The notes beneath the pieces are model-generated. The model saw nothing but the letters and a program-made list of their open reading frames with translations. It did not search any database and had not been told where the DNA came from. Source: Phoronis australis (lineage: Eukaryota; Animalia; Phoronida). Taken from it: a stretch of 64,000 nt of DNA. This document shows, in pieces, positions 37,101-50,851 of the stretch. The stretch covers positions 1 to 64,000 of the forward strand of contig NMRA01000053.1 in NCBI GenBank assembly GCA_002633005.1. The letters are read 5' to 3'. The number at the start of each line of letters is the position of its first letter. Position 1 is the stretch's first letter. The translations under genes were made by a program, and so were the position numbers.

Positions 37101-39787
37101 TCTTAGCCAGTTGATACAGAGATACAGGCGAAGATAACCAAGTGTACAGGCGAAGATAACCAAGTGCAGCTGATGTACTGCTTGTAGATGACAAACTGCA
37201 TGCCTTTTGGGAGCTGGCATTCTTTGTGGGGGTCTTCACAGACCCAGGCCCTTTTAGGGAACAATCCTGACTAAATGAATTAGGAGTGGGTATGCAGCCC
37301 GACTTGTGCTTTTAATGCTAAACATTCATTTTGAAAGTCTGCAGGTGGTCATCTAACCAAACGTGTGTGTTGCCATCAGTGTGTTCACTAATGTAAAAAC
37401 TGATTATATTTTATGGTGGTTTCCTTTTTTTTCTGTTTGCCAGGGTCATGTGGTGGGCTTTCAGGGGGAAATGATTCATGTCTTCAACAAGAATGAGAAT
37501 GCAATCCACAGCTCAGATTACTTTGAGCGAATTTCGCACCGAAATAACGCTCTCCTGCTGGGAGACTCCATGGGTGACCTCCACATGGCCGAGGGTGCGG
37601 TGGAGTTGGATAATCTACTCAAAATAGGCTTTCTTAATGACAAGGTGAGTGTGTGGGAATTGCAAATATTTCAAAGTTGAGTGTAAGCTGGTAAAGTAGC
37701 TACAAGATCTGCATGTGGAGGCTTTCTGGCTCCATCTCTGCCCAAATCTGGTGAAAGTGAGTTCCAAGCTGAAATAGTGACTGACAAATGAATGGTAAGC
37801 ACCGCTCATACACTTGTAAAGATAGCTACGCTTTGCGTTACCCTTCTTCAGGATCTTTGACATTAGTGGATAACAATACATTATTTGGTGCTGCAACTTT
37901 TGTGTAATTTAACTGTAGACACTAATTTGAGGATAAATTACAGAACAAATACAAAAAAAATAATCATAGGCATTACGTTCTAGCCACGTTCACTCTTGTG
38001 CCTCAGTCAAATTGTTCCCAGGCGAGGAAATTTTACGCCTGTCACCTTAAACTCAGAGGCGTCTGATTATAATTCAAAAGCAGACCCTGAGTTGATGTAG
38101 AATTACAAACTGGGTTGTAATTTGCATTTTCTCTGCTTAAACTGCTTTCCAATTTTCCGCATGGAATCATTTCAACTGAATAAGCAATAGTTGAATTTCG
38201 AAATAGCTACACTATTGTAAAATTCACTTTCCCACCAGATGGCGATCAGGTCTTTGGTGGACAGGCATTCAGCACCACCTGCAGATCCCATGTAATACAG
38301 ACAGGAGGTTTTGACCTACTGCTTTAAACAGCGTTTTAACACCTTTTCTTCTATCATAATGCCGGCAAATTTCTACCGCTGTGTAGTGGGATGTACTAAT
38401 GTTTTATGGAAAAAAGACAACAAACTTTTTGAAATATTAATGGGTGAACTACAACTCTGTGCTCCATTCATTTCCCACGGCGAAGAAGAATTCATGACAA
38501 AGTTAGTGGCTGTTGGCTGTGACTGATAAAGTGGGAGAATATGCTGGCAAGCACTGAGAAATATAAATGTCTGGATGTTATGATTGATAAAAAATTATCG
38601 TGGGTTGATTATGTGTGCGCAAAAAAGATTTTTCTGCGGGTTTGGCTTTTGTACAGTTAGGAGTTATGTCGATCATGCTACTCCTTAGATTTTGTACAAG
38701 AGTCTATTAATTGTACCACACTTTGATTTCTGTGATGTTTTGTGGGGTAACTGTGTGTCGTACATCTAGGATAGACTTCAAAAATTACGAAACGAGGCTG
38801 ATACTCGACTTTAGTGGCCTTTATAATAACTTTTTTATTGCTGACCTCCTCGATACACTTTGTTGGTGCAGCCTGGTTAGCATTTCATTTAAACTTCATG
38901 GTGTACAAAGCCATACGTAGCCTTGCACCTAATTACCTTAGTACCAAATTCAAAGCAGTCAGAGATTCTCACAATTACAATACTAGAACGAGTGTTTTTG
39001 GCTGCCTGGTACCAGATAAAAACTACTGCAGCAAAAGAACTTATGCCTACAGAGGTGCTGTCACTCTATTTTATCTTATTTGTTCATCTAATTGTACATA
39101 TTAACTATTTTTATAACTAATTTGTTTTATTTATTAATCTTTCCAACCTAATTGTACATAGCTCTCTGTATTTTACTTCACGTAATTATTTCCGACTGGG
39201 CCCACTTGAAAATCAATGTATTCACTAAAGTGGTCACTCAGTCTTCTAAAGAAGTTTGAATAAGTAAATAAATAAAATTTGGCCAGCTGGTGTCAAAAAG
39301 CTAAAATATATTAATAAACTTAAACTAACCAACCAATAGGAGGGTTTGGGAGTGGAATTTATTCCTCTACTTTTGAACAGTAATACATGAACATGAATAC
39401 ATTAATCACCAAATTCAGGATCAAGCAGGAGTCACTACTCTAGAGAGTGCCAATATGAAAAGTCTGCTATTGAGAATACAAAGGATATGGTACTGGTCTG
39501 TCTGGAGACTCCAGTGAGTGACGGGGACAATCTGTGTAAACGCAGTATTCATGTTGTCAGCAACATGTCTGAGAAAATAGCATACTTTTGTGTGTTTTCT
39601 TTCTTAACCTCAAGTTTCTAAATGTCTATAGTCTCAAAAGTAGTGCTTTACTCTGTCAACCCATGTTCTCGTTCTCTAGGTTGAAGAACTGTTACCAACC
39701 TACAAAGAAGCTTGGGATATTGTGATCGTGCAGGACACCTCACTGGACGTGGTCAACGCTCTGCTCAAGCCTATCCTTAGTTTGTGA
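31139..39787 (+). CDS. NT5C3: Cytosolic 5'-nucleotidase III (pyrimidine/m7GMP 5'-nucleotidase, HAD family), eight coding exons
   Basis: Exons 31139-31276, 33305-33403, 33606-33675, 35137-35183, 35492-35667, 36558-36720, 37444-37644 and 39680-39787. HAD motif VIADFDRTL plus EKYPLMVEWWTKAHNLL, LLVFSAGVGD, IHVFNKN, LLGDSMGD, KIGFLNDK and WDIVIVQDTSLDV. The N-terminus has a hydrophobic anchor. Confidence 0.95.
31353..32270. mobile_element. Foldback / Mutator-like non-autonomous element with about 260-bp TIRs in NT5C3 intron 1
   Basis: 31353-31613 is the near-perfect reverse complement of 32021-32270. The flanks aggatatacac and aggatacac look like a roughly 9-bp TSD. Confidence 0.85.
35775..36002. 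mobile_element. MITE with aggccaaaaaaa..tttttttagcct termini; a related inverted fragment lies at about 16850-17000
   Basis: Short TIRs. The internal tggtattttttgattgct..acctga..gag.aaaaatga.g.gg.attt is shared with the reverse complement of 16860-17000. Confidence 0.55.
38560..39277 (+). mobile_element. 3' fragment of an L2/Crack (CR1-group) LINE in NT5C3 intron 7
   Basis: Degenerate frames KCLDVMIDKKLSW, LYKSLLIVPHFDFCDVLWGNC and MVYKAIRSLAPNYL..HNYNTR..KRTYAYRGA are typical of the end of the RT ORF. The fragment ends in a taaataaataaaa tail. Confidence 0.85.
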
Positions 39788-41920
39788 TCTTTTTCTTCTG
39801 CAGATGTGATTTTGAAATGTCGTTTAGATTGCCAGCGTTATACAGCTCTTTTTCATCGTATTATGTAATTCGGTTTCACTTTTACTGCTGGTTTTGGGAT
39901 CGAGGGAGTGTTTACAGTATTAAGTTTTGATGCCCCTCTTTTTCCAATAGTCAAGTAGCTTCTTGTGACTTGTTTCAAGATTGTGTTTTTGGTAATAGAG
40001 GTAATAATAGTTACAAAAGACTGGTTAAATGTCTTGTGTGTTCAATTAAACTTGTGGCAGAGAGGGGGCGCTGTTACTTTGTAAGAGTAGTGTAGAATCT
40101 CACCAATGTCAGACAATGAAAATTGTCGCAACTTATCGTTTTTTCGTTTTTCAAAAGCTGACATTTCATGTATGCCGACTAGTTCTCCAAACATTTGTTG
40201 ATATTTGGTAGGAGGTGAAGAACTTGAGAATGATAATGCATTTCTTTGGTGCTATTTATCTTAATGTGAAAGGCATTAAAAAGCAAAATTTTACATGCGC
40301 ACCACACTGTGTCCTAAAGTGAAGATATTTTTTCCCCATGCATCATGCCAAAAATCATAAACCTGGAGTTGTGATTTGTTTAATACGTTAGGAAAAAGTA
40401 CAATGGAAAGTGCTATAATTGTAAAATAGGGTTTGGGACTATAAGACGTTTCTGCAGCCGGGCTCTTTAGGCAGGCCCAGTGGACATGTATAATGATTAC
40501 TTTCTGCATGTCCACCAAGGGTTTACATTTGGGGAAGTCTCATGCATGGTTATGCCCAGTTTCTTAGGAAATGCACACAGGTAAGTTTTACCTGTCTGCT
40601 TAAACCTAGAGGTGTCTTATTATCATTAACAGGCACGCACCGAGTCAATCAGTTTTAGGAACTGGGTTGCAACAGGCAATTTCACTGAAAACTGATTTTG
40701 CATACTGTGTGCATTTATTTCCATTAAATAAGCATTTGAGAACAGAATAAGTTGATGGGATAATCTATGTAAATTCGATATTCAGATCATATAGTGTATC
40801 AAGGTACCGACTGCTTCCATTATTAACTTGCAGTATTATCTGCTTGTGAACACATTTTTCTTCATTGTCTTGACAGGGCTATCACATACCCCTCTCTGGA
40901 TCTGTGCTGTTGATTTCTAGATGACTTGGTTTGTTGTAATGTGTTAAGTGTGTAGCATCTTGGAAATAATGTTAAAGGGAGATAACTTTCAGTTCTCCCT
41001 TTTCTGTGCTCTTTTGTTATGCATCTAAGTTGTTATACACCATTGACTTTTGTTAGCTTTTTATGATAGAACAATTTAATGTGATTGAGTGCTGATTTAG
41101 TGATAATCTTTTTGTTTTTGCTGTGAATAAATTATTATTCTCATATCCAGCTGCAGTGGTTTGATCAGGGGACATTTCATGCACTAGCTCAATGAAAAGA
41201 CAAATTTTAACGTAATTGCTCCATATTTCCATGTAAAAGTCTTTCAAGTATCCAGTTTCAAGTGATGTTCATTTGTTCCCTCTCATGAAAACTGCCCATC
41301 CTCCTTTGGCCTTTTATAATAACATGAATAGATTGAATGAGTAAGAAATATTAGTCTTCACACAGGCCATACGTTGGTCGCATCACGTGACCTATGGCAG
41401 AAAGTTCTCGGTCTCGACACGGGTGCATGGGGAAAATGCCGACTCCTTTCTTATTAAACCGTGTTTCTTCCGGGTCGGGGATTGCGAGCTGAATTACGAG
41501 ATATTAAGTTCTTGATAATATTACTTTTCACATCGACCCCGTCAAAAGCAGTTGGCTATAACGCTGCGTTGATTTCTTGAATAGGTCGTTATATATTCCG
41601 AATGCCAAAGCGTCAACCCTGAATCTTGTTTTATTGGTGATGTGGAGGTGTGCTAATATTTGCGTGATAAAGTTGTTCAAATGTTCGTAGTCGACCGTGA
41701 AACGGGAACACTTCCGAATTTTTTCACTAGCTGGGAAATTCCAAAATTCTCAAAGATATAACTACAAGTAATTCCTTAGTCTAATGCGTATGGCACACTA
41801 AAATTTGAATTTTTGATAAATCAATAAAATTTGACAACACTGGTCACAACATTTTCATCTGGTAGGGACTACTAGTGCGGAAACCTGTGGTGTCCTCGAT
41901 AATCGATACTCCCATCGATT

Positions 41921-42159
41921 CATGCGCGCACCCAGCCTTTAATATGGGGTCTCGAATTTCTGGCGATGTGGACCTTTTGCTGACAAAAAGCGGGAGGACT
42001 ATAAAAAAACGAGGTACCACCTTCATTGTGTGTCTGCTCCTTTTTCGTGGACTTTTGTCGTTCTCTCGGACTTTGTTTCTCTGAGGCGGACCTTTTTGCC
42101 CACTTCGTCAAATGGGGGGGCTCATTCGAGCCCCTCCTCCTTCCCTGGGTGCGCGCATG
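41921..42159. mobile_element. MITE with perfect 15-bp TIRs CATGCGCGCACCCAG
   Basis: catgcgcgcacccag ... ctgggtgcgcgcatg. Same family as 28600-28818. Confidence 0.8.
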
Positions 42160-43605
42160 CAATTTATTACTCCTTCATCGATACTCACAATATACCTTTA
42201 GTTCTGACAATATGGGAGTTCAAAAGTCCCAGCAGACGACAATTTCCTCAAGAACATATTAAACAATCACCAATTCATTGTGCGTTTCCCTCACAAATCC
42301 TATGCAAGTTTCAGTTAAGATTCCTTTGTTGTTTGAAGATGTTACAGTATTTTACACGACCAAATTTCACAATTTTATTTGCAATTACAACCAGAAGAAC
42401 AGACCAGTAAGAAATTCTCGTCCACGAGTTCACTGTGGAAACGGGCCCACCTCAATAGTAAATGTACGCTCATGGCGTACTCAGTTTCCAGCTGTAATTG
42501 TTGACATGTTTTGAAAATGAATTATGTTAGCTATGACGGCTGTTTTAACGCACTGTGTTTGCTCGAATACCAAATAAGTGTGAACAAATAAATTTTTACT
42601 AGTGAGATAGGTCAAGGATACAACTACATACATTAAAAAGGACGCGTTCATTTACAAAAAAATCACAAATTATGTTTGACACAGTTTCCGAAAATACGCC
42701 CCCTGGCCCCCCTCCTTTTCCGAAAATACGCCAGGTCGTATATTCCTTTTCGTATGACGTTCTTGAAAGGTCGTTTCCGAACATTCGTCCATGGGCCTAT
42801 ATTCGGAAATTCCCGGTATCTACATAATATAGGCCTATGCACATTTTACACTTACGCGAGCACGCACAAACGCACGTACATACGCACGCTTGAACATACA
42901 CGAGCACGCGCACTTATATACAGTGTAGTTAAAAGTCGTGTGCGATTTCAGTAGTATACTACTATGAGTGCAAAAAATGTGCACGATTTGTCGCTGGAGA
43001 TACAGCACGTCCGACTTTGGTCGACTGGACTGGAGGAAGTAGTATCAAAGTCTTGTATGTACACAACACGATTAGTCGTATGACACATATTTATTTCAAG
43101 TATTCAAGACCATAGACCCTGGAAACTGTAGTTTCTAACAAACAATAATTTTACAGAGGCAATTTTACAAACATTTCGTTATGTATTGACGACGTTTTGT
43201 AAAATGCATGATGAATAAAACTATAACAACACCTATGTCACACAAAATATTCGCATTCGACAGAGTAATTTGAACGAACAGGTACACATGACCAGAGTAA
43301 GCAATATAGTATGCCCTCAGTATTATGCCTTCCTGTCTGAGCAATAGTGGGACCCGTTCGAAAATTAAACTTACTTCCCTATTCACTACGATTTAAATGA
43401 CATTTCTTGAAGGTCGATGAGACGTTAATTTTCTACCAAATGCAGTAATAACCTCTGGAAACTTAACAATTAGGGAGTTTGGTCTTCGCAGTGGAGTGCA
43501 GTGCGGTGGAAAATCAATTTGGCTGACGCACAACCGTTTTGCAGTTGTCAGTTAAACTGGGATAATTTCCTCCCAGACTGGGTGGTCAGAGCTTCTACCG
43601 AAACG

Positions 43606-44008
43606 TCACGGTGTATATCCTATGCTGGGGTTATCAATTGTTTCGGAGCCGTCTTCGACTGTTACATAATCTGGCGAGCAGCTTCCTGAGCCCCGTTTTT
43701 CGTAATAACTCCAAGCACCATCAATACCTCCTTGGTCTTCATTCGACGTCGGGTCCCCCACGAAGAACGTGCGACATTCCCCGCGCTGCTGCAAATAGGC
43801 AAACGCAGAGCACACCTTGTCACGCAAACAAATAGACGCGCAGTTCAAAAGTCGAGTGTGTGTTGTACCTTGACAATGATATCATATTGCTTCACTGGGT
43901 GTTCTCCTTTCGTTCAAAGACCTGTCCTTGCAATTCACCGTTGCATGGGGTAATAAACGAAATGAAAAATAGGAAAACAATTTCGGAATATGTGAACAAT
44001 AGAAGCAT
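43606..44008 (-). pseudogene. Disrupted gene for a secreted PAN/apple-domain protein
   Basis: A signal-peptide-like MLLLFTYSEIVFLFFISFITPCNG is followed by VFERKENTQ*SNMISLSRYNTHSTFE/CASICLRDKVCSAFAYLQQRGECRTF..WSYYEK. There is an in-frame TGA at 43894-43892 and a 1-nt frameshift near 43843. Confidence 0.65.
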
Positions 44009-45973
44009 TTCGCCAAGTCTGCTGCACTTGATTCGGGTGAAGGACATACTCTAATAGTGTATTATGTAGTTTCTTCCTTTTAAGTGAGTTTAGTCTTCCG
44101 GGGGATTTTGCGAAGTATAAACTTATGATTCTTAAAGCTACACTTTTCATCTACATGAACGTGAAACCGTGCGGGGAAATACGCAAATTACCAATTTGTA
44201 CTTAAAATTTCCTTTCCACGATAGGATCGGTTTTAACAATAGAATTTTAAGAATAACCTTCGTTTGAAGCAGTCAAATATAGAAAGGGCTCATCGGGCCT
44301 TTGACTTGCTTATTTTTTTTTACTCCTCAGGTACACCGTCAGCGCCCTGGCGTTCATGGATAGGGCGACTGAAATCTGCTGCTGCCTCTGGTCCTGCAAC
44401 AGGTCCTTTATTCTTTGTACTGTACCTAAAAGGTCACCGGCCCATGGTACATACTAAGTTTAACACTGATGTATGAAAAAAATAATATATAACAACCACA
44501 TTGCATTGTCGTTTTGTTCCTGCTATACATGAGCATAGTTGTAGGAGCTTGCAAATACATCTTTAATGTGAAAACCTGATCAACGGTGCTGTATCCTTTA
44601 TAATATCCAGCTTATTCTTCTGCGTATTGGCCTCGCATGAAAACACCGCGGCGAGATTCGTCTCATAATTCTGTGAAGAACACAAGCGAACAACCTTTAT
44701 AACTTTCACCCCCTCCCCCCGGCGGAAATGTTTAACAAGGAAATTAAAGTTAAAGTCTGGTCTTTAAGCCAGCGACACGAAATCAATAAAACTTTAATAA
44801 ATATGGTAAATTGCACGCACCAAAAGCGTGCAGGCGAAAGGTGATATACTTGTCAATTAAATCGTCGTAAATGATACGATGTCTTCATATTTTCTTTAAT
44901 TATTTAACGGTGCTTACGGTGTTTTTTTTCAAACCAAGAATCGGAATTTCGCAACTTCTACACTTTCGCAGTGGCGTCGTCGGTAGATTGTGCCACGCCC
45001 ATCAGAAACACTGCTGTTTCTGTGTGTTTCCATCTAGAAAACGACAGCCCGACAAACGAAAATTGAGATGAACAATAGGTTATGAGGCGGACGTGTTCGG
45101 GCAGTCATAACGTTAGGGAATTGCATCACCAGAGGACGCCTGAGGCAGGCGTAGACAAGTTCTTGACTAGCCTCTATCGTTGTCCAAATTGGTGAATGTT
45201 ACGCACGTAAATTACGTGCACAAATAAAAAACTAATAGCAAGCAGCGTAAATTAATAATTAACGGCGTAAATTTATTATTTGTGGCGTAAATTAAAGAGC
45301 CATTGAACGCGAAAGCTCGTCAAAAATACTTTTAAACAATTCCTGACGAAAGTACCATCTAGCAACGTCTTCTACAAAGTTATTCACTTTCCCGTGAGAG
45401 GGAATTTCTAGAAAAAAATCACAAAATTCACTGTTTTTGAAATACTCGCTAAACAAAAACTGTAGTCACCACAGAGTTTCTAGTCTCCTTCCCACTTATG
45501 ATAAATGCGCGCACTGCGTCCACACTCATTCGACCAACAGCTCAAACGCCAGATTATCATATGTGACCGCACTCCGAATCCGGTCGATAGGACAGTAGTG
45601 AAGCAAGTGATTACCCAAAATGAATTCAAAGTGCATTTTAGAATATATTTGAATACTACGATACCTTTACACCTAATTTTACAGACTTAAGAATTATATC
45701 AATTGCCTCTGTAGGATATTGGACAAGTTATAAAAATAACTTAATAAATTATGACTAAATTGGATTATCTGTTTAGAAATCGGGATACAGACGCAATCAA
45801 GTTTTTTAAAGTGACATTATCGACTTTAGGGAAGAAAAATGTGTTTTTCATCATTAGTGGATATGGGACAGGTGTTATTAGGCTGTTAGATTTCATCAGA
45901 GCTATAAAACAACAAATTCAGTTGAATTTTAGTGATTTTATTCCAAATCGCCAATTCTCAAACATTTTCCGAA

Positions 45974-46061
45974 ATCAAGGCCTGCCGGTGTCTTTACCAC
46001 TACAAAACTGATAGCGGGATCAAGGCCTGCCGGTGTCTTTACCACTACAAAACTGATAGCG
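45974..46061. repeat. Exact 43-bp tandem duplication (period 45)
   Basis: atcaaggcctgccggtgtctttaccactacaaaactgatagcg occurs twice. Confidence 0.95.
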
Positions 46062-47282
46062 AGTGTCGATTCCGTGCTGTTGCTTATTTATGAAAAATAA
46101 CTTTGTCGCCGAAAATATCCCTTTACACAGCAAAAATTACATCTCAAGACATGACCCGTCCTGAAATAGCCAGCAGCACTCTCGTTCCACGGTAATTACC
46201 CATAATGCAATACCAGTGTCAAGCACTGTTCCTACACAGTCTCCACGTAAATGAACAGGTCAATATCTCATATTCCAATTCAAAATTATAATGCAGGCAA
46301 TCTTGTGTTACTGAATTTTCAGATAGGGACTAGTAATGCTGGCACAAAAAGTTGGCAAAAAGGGGATCATGTCAGTGCTCGATGTGCTACCCTTGTTGTT
46401 AATGCAATTCAAGAGTGCGGGGCCACATTTTGAAAAGTAAGTCCATAAGCCACGCAATGCATTTAACCTTCGCCAAAGAAGAGAGCTCAATTGCCTACTG
46501 CTTTATTTCAAACCCAGTTTGAGTCACAATAGGCTCACACGGAAAAACTTCTTGTTCGAATTTATAATCCAGATGGAAATTAGGGGGTCCCAGGCCGGGT
46601 GACAAATGCTCTGTAGAGCAAGTATTTTATGAGCAAATCAAGATTGTGCAAAGTTTTGCGAGATATCACCATGCACTACAAGAGAATCACGAGATCACAC
46701 TACTTTCACTTGTGATTATGTCTTGCTAATAAGGAATACATGCTTAGTAAAGATATTTAATTGTCTCAGGAATACTATGTTGTTTCCAAACCTAAATTCC
46801 GGACTGGACAAATAAGCCGCAAAACCTCCATGACTATTATGACATATAAATCCATTTTTATGTAGTGGCACCTCAACATATAACATTTTACATTGTACGT
46901 TGCCAAGAGAATGAGTGAAGATGTGACAAAGCCATTGTCTGTAAACTACGAAATCCTAGTAGTCTAGGATGGACAAAAATTGACGTATGTAGCTCATTGT
47001 ACACAAGTACATTACACTAGGGTCCAGGTTTTAACATCAGAACACAGACTCGAAATTAAGCCAATCACGCTGCGCGATTAAAGTACAACTTTGCATCTTC
47101 ACTCAAATGGTGACACGCAATTGTAGATAAAACTGACAGCAGATCACGACTGAATTATGCAGAAGTATGGGGGTAGTACCTGGAGTAAAAGTCCATTTAG
47201 TCAGTCCTAGTACTCCTGACAGTGGTACATCTGTGGTGAAAAAGGGGGCGACACCACTGTCACATTCCCATTATACACTGAC

Positions 47283-49568
47283 GGCTAAATCACAATCAAG
47301 GACCATATTCGAGAGTTGACTGTGTTACGGTGTCAAATAAATTTTTTTTGATCACTTACCAAATGCAAACTGAATCTCATATGCAAAGAGTTATTTAGTT
47401 GTGCAAGTTAAAAAAGAATCATCAAAATCGGACAATGTTTAAGAGATTTATCCATGTTTTTGTCTATGAATTTCAAGCATTTTTAGCGTTACGAGTGGCC
47501 ATTTTAAAAATTGCAATTTTCAATTGTCAACGGTAGAAAAGAAATTTATTTTATCAAGTAAGCAATTGCTTAGACATGACTGGGAATAACTTTAGTCACT
47601 TTCAGAATCACTTAGATGAAGTTGTGCTTAATCATTGAGAAATGGTAGGGTTCATCATAAAACAGGCACTCGTTACGAAATTTGTAAATTCTGTGTTTCT
47701 AACCCTCACCTGCTGTACATAAGGTTAAAACCTAAAGTTCACGCTCTAGTAATAAAAAGAACTGCAGAATATGTTAGCCTAAGTAACACGGCAAATTATT
47801 CAATATCTAAACAAACCAAAAGTTTGGAAATTGACTGGGTTCTGCTATGTTGAAAATGGGCCAAAAAGGCTAACAAAATGTAGTGTACGTACCCCCATGT
47901 GGAATTCAGTAACACAAATGGTCATTGCAAATGAAATTATTGCCTTTTAAATAACAACATGGTGCTTATTATTATCAAAGAAAAATAAATGGCCATACAA
48001 CATTATGTTACCATGTGATGCAGAAACAGTGATGTAGTGTACGTACCCCCTTTTGTAGTGTACGTACCCCCATGTTTACAAATGCTATGAAATTAAAATA
48101 TCTCTTGGTAAGTGAGCAACACTGGTCACAGACAGTTTCTTTCCTTAAAAAAGTTAGGTTAAAAGGGTGTTTATTGCAAATACATTTGTTTTGACTTAAA
48201 TATTAGCATTTGTGTAGTGTACGTACTCCTATATTTTAATTTGTGCCTATTTTCAAAGTATGACAGATATGCACATGAATGCTGTTTTTTATTTTTTCTC
48301 TTTGAATTGATTTAGTAAATCAACTAACTCTCAGTAGGTTCTTAGTGTTTAGTATCAAACTTGACATGTCATTGAAATGTAGTGTACGTACCCCTGCGTA
48401 GTGTACGTACCCCGATGTGAACAAATACCATGAAATAAAAATATTACACGGAAAGTACGCAAAACTTGTCACAGACAGCTTCCTCCATTAAAAATGCTAG
48501 GTTAAAAGGGTGTTAATTACAAATACATTTGTTTCGAGTGAAATATTAGCAGTTGTGTAGTGTACGTACCCCTACAATATAACATGTGCCTGTTTTCAAA
48601 AAATGACAGACAGTTATGCACATGTATGCAGTACTCATTATTTGTTCTCTTTAAATAGATTTGGTAAATGAACTAACTCTCAGTAGATTCTAAGTATTTT
48701 TTTTTTATAAATCTGACAAGTCATTGAAATGTAGAGTACGTACCCCTGTGTAGTGTACGTACCTTCAACCTCTGTGCTATAAAGTATTGCCCACAAGTAT
48801 TTTACATACTGCCAGAACTGCTGTTCTCATGAACAATACTGATATTTCCAAAATGAATCCAGTCTGACAAAAAAAAAAACAATGGACATTATCAAATATG
48901 TGGGCAAAAAATGCCACACAGGACTTGGCTGGTACTGAACATCCTAGAAAACACCGCATGTGACAACTGATGTTGCAGAGGCAGGTTCTCTATCTCTCAA
49001 GACAACTTGCAACAAACAAGTAGAGGCAGCACAAAACTCAGACCATCCCCTACATTTGTAAATTAGTTAAAATTTGACTTTAATTGATTGTGCGTAGAGT
49101 ACCCCCTCCCAACCAGTACCATTTTTTACTGTTTACAAGTGGGACACTGGGCCTAGCAACTGGTAAATGTATTGAAAACTAAGCAAATAGCCCCAATAAA
49201 GTTTTTGTGTTAAGATATGCAATGCATCATCATCTAGAACAACTTGATCAGCAAGGTAATGACTTTTCTTACTTTAGTACCTTATACTTCTTCAATTTGA
49301 TCAAGATTTTATTAAATTAACAGTTACCTTATGGATTTTTGCATGGTAGAAGTGGGCTGTGTTCACAAGTTGTAGTGTACGTACCCTTTTATACAACTGT
49401 GATGCATTAGGCTATAAAATTTTATTCCGTGGTTCTTGTGCAAAAATATTTTAGATTACAAACCTGGAATGATGGTACTTTAAAATAACCCAGCTTTTAC
49501 ACTTATACAACAACCTTCATTTTTCACCAAAAGTGGCCACCCAATATGGACCTTGATTGTGATTTGCC
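47283..49568. mobile_element. About 2.3-kb non-autonomous DNA transposon with TIRs and an array of GTAGTGTACGTACCC motifs
   Basis: Left end ggctaaatcacaatcaaggaccatatt matches the reverse complement of right end aatatggaccttgattgtgatttgcc. About 10 copies of gtagtgtacgtacc lie between 47880 and 49387, and there is an internal tandem unit of about 345 bp. Confidence 0.8.
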
Positions 49569-50851
49569 TGTTTGAAGATTGTCCTGAAATGAACTGTTGA
49601 CACCTTTATCAATAATCATAATTTATTTCAAAACATATGAAGTTTATTTCTCAGTTTTCCGCTGCACAAAGAGAAATATAGTTTTTAGGAAAGATTTTAC
49701 TAAAACATGCATTTATTTGTATGCTTGATGAGGATTAAAACTGATAACATTTAAAAATATTAAGCTACCAAAGTCTTCACTTCACCAACATTTTACTTAT
49801 AATAGACACAGCCACAGGAGTATGACCATGAAGACATTTGACAATGGACAGACTTAGGGAGCATCAGTTCACACGTACAGCGTGAAAAATGTGGACGAGA
49901 AAGGAGGGGTGGGGGTTCGCATACATTTTAGAGCAATCATGGTTGACAAAACTATGAAACATCAAACTTAACAACCGCATACAATGATGTAAAAATTCAA
50001 GCAATTAAAATGCTGATGTGTGCGCATTAAATATTTCAACACAGAGGTGAGAACACATACTGAAACATAAGGAGATAGTTGATACAATAACACTCAAGAG
50101 ACAAGAGCATTAGAGTGTCACATGATGGCATTTCATGGACATCACATGACAAATAACGGGAAGACTAACATCTTCATATTTACAAACAATTAGAGACTTA
50201 ACAATCAGTTGATAACAAAAAATCTATCCCAGTACTTAAGTACACGAATAAAAAATTCAAAATCCTGTTTTCAAGAGAAACACTTTCAACTGAGACTAAA
50301 GTTCATGGTGGAAAGATGGCATACCACAAACTGAATCAAGCATTGTTGTGAACCTTGATCATATTTCAATCACAAGACAGAGCTGCACTCATGCGACAAA
50401 GCTCAAGTGTACATCTTCTGGAGAACTCTCCAGTTAAAGACACTGGGAGGCATGTGTCGACATCTCATGCAGGTGTTTTGTACAGTTCTCAGATACCGTA
50501 TCCGGTGGGTATCATTTAAGTGGAGGGGAAACAAGACTTCTAGGGACTGTCTTGGAATTAACCCGGGCACAATTTTTCACTGCTGGAATTGTCTGGGGTA
50601 CCCATTTCCCAAAATTCCCACGAGGTGCATTAGTCTGAATTTTGAATGCTTGGCAGAAATTCTGTAGGATGAATCCCGAAGGGTGGATAATCTTGGTCTG
50701 TGTCAGTACAAAAAACAGGGTATACAATTGTCCTTCCTTAAAAAATAAATGAGCATTCTCACAAACAACATCCATTTGTAATGAATGATATTGCTTTCTC
50801 ACTAGTCATGTGCCTCAAATGTGTTCTCATAAACCGCATGGGTTTGCAGCT

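Noticed and set aside
47880-48765. CRISPR-like repeat/spacer appearance
   Set aside because: The repeats are only about 15 bp and irregularly spaced, the spacers are themselves duplicated, there are no cas genes, and the context is a eukaryotic TIR element.
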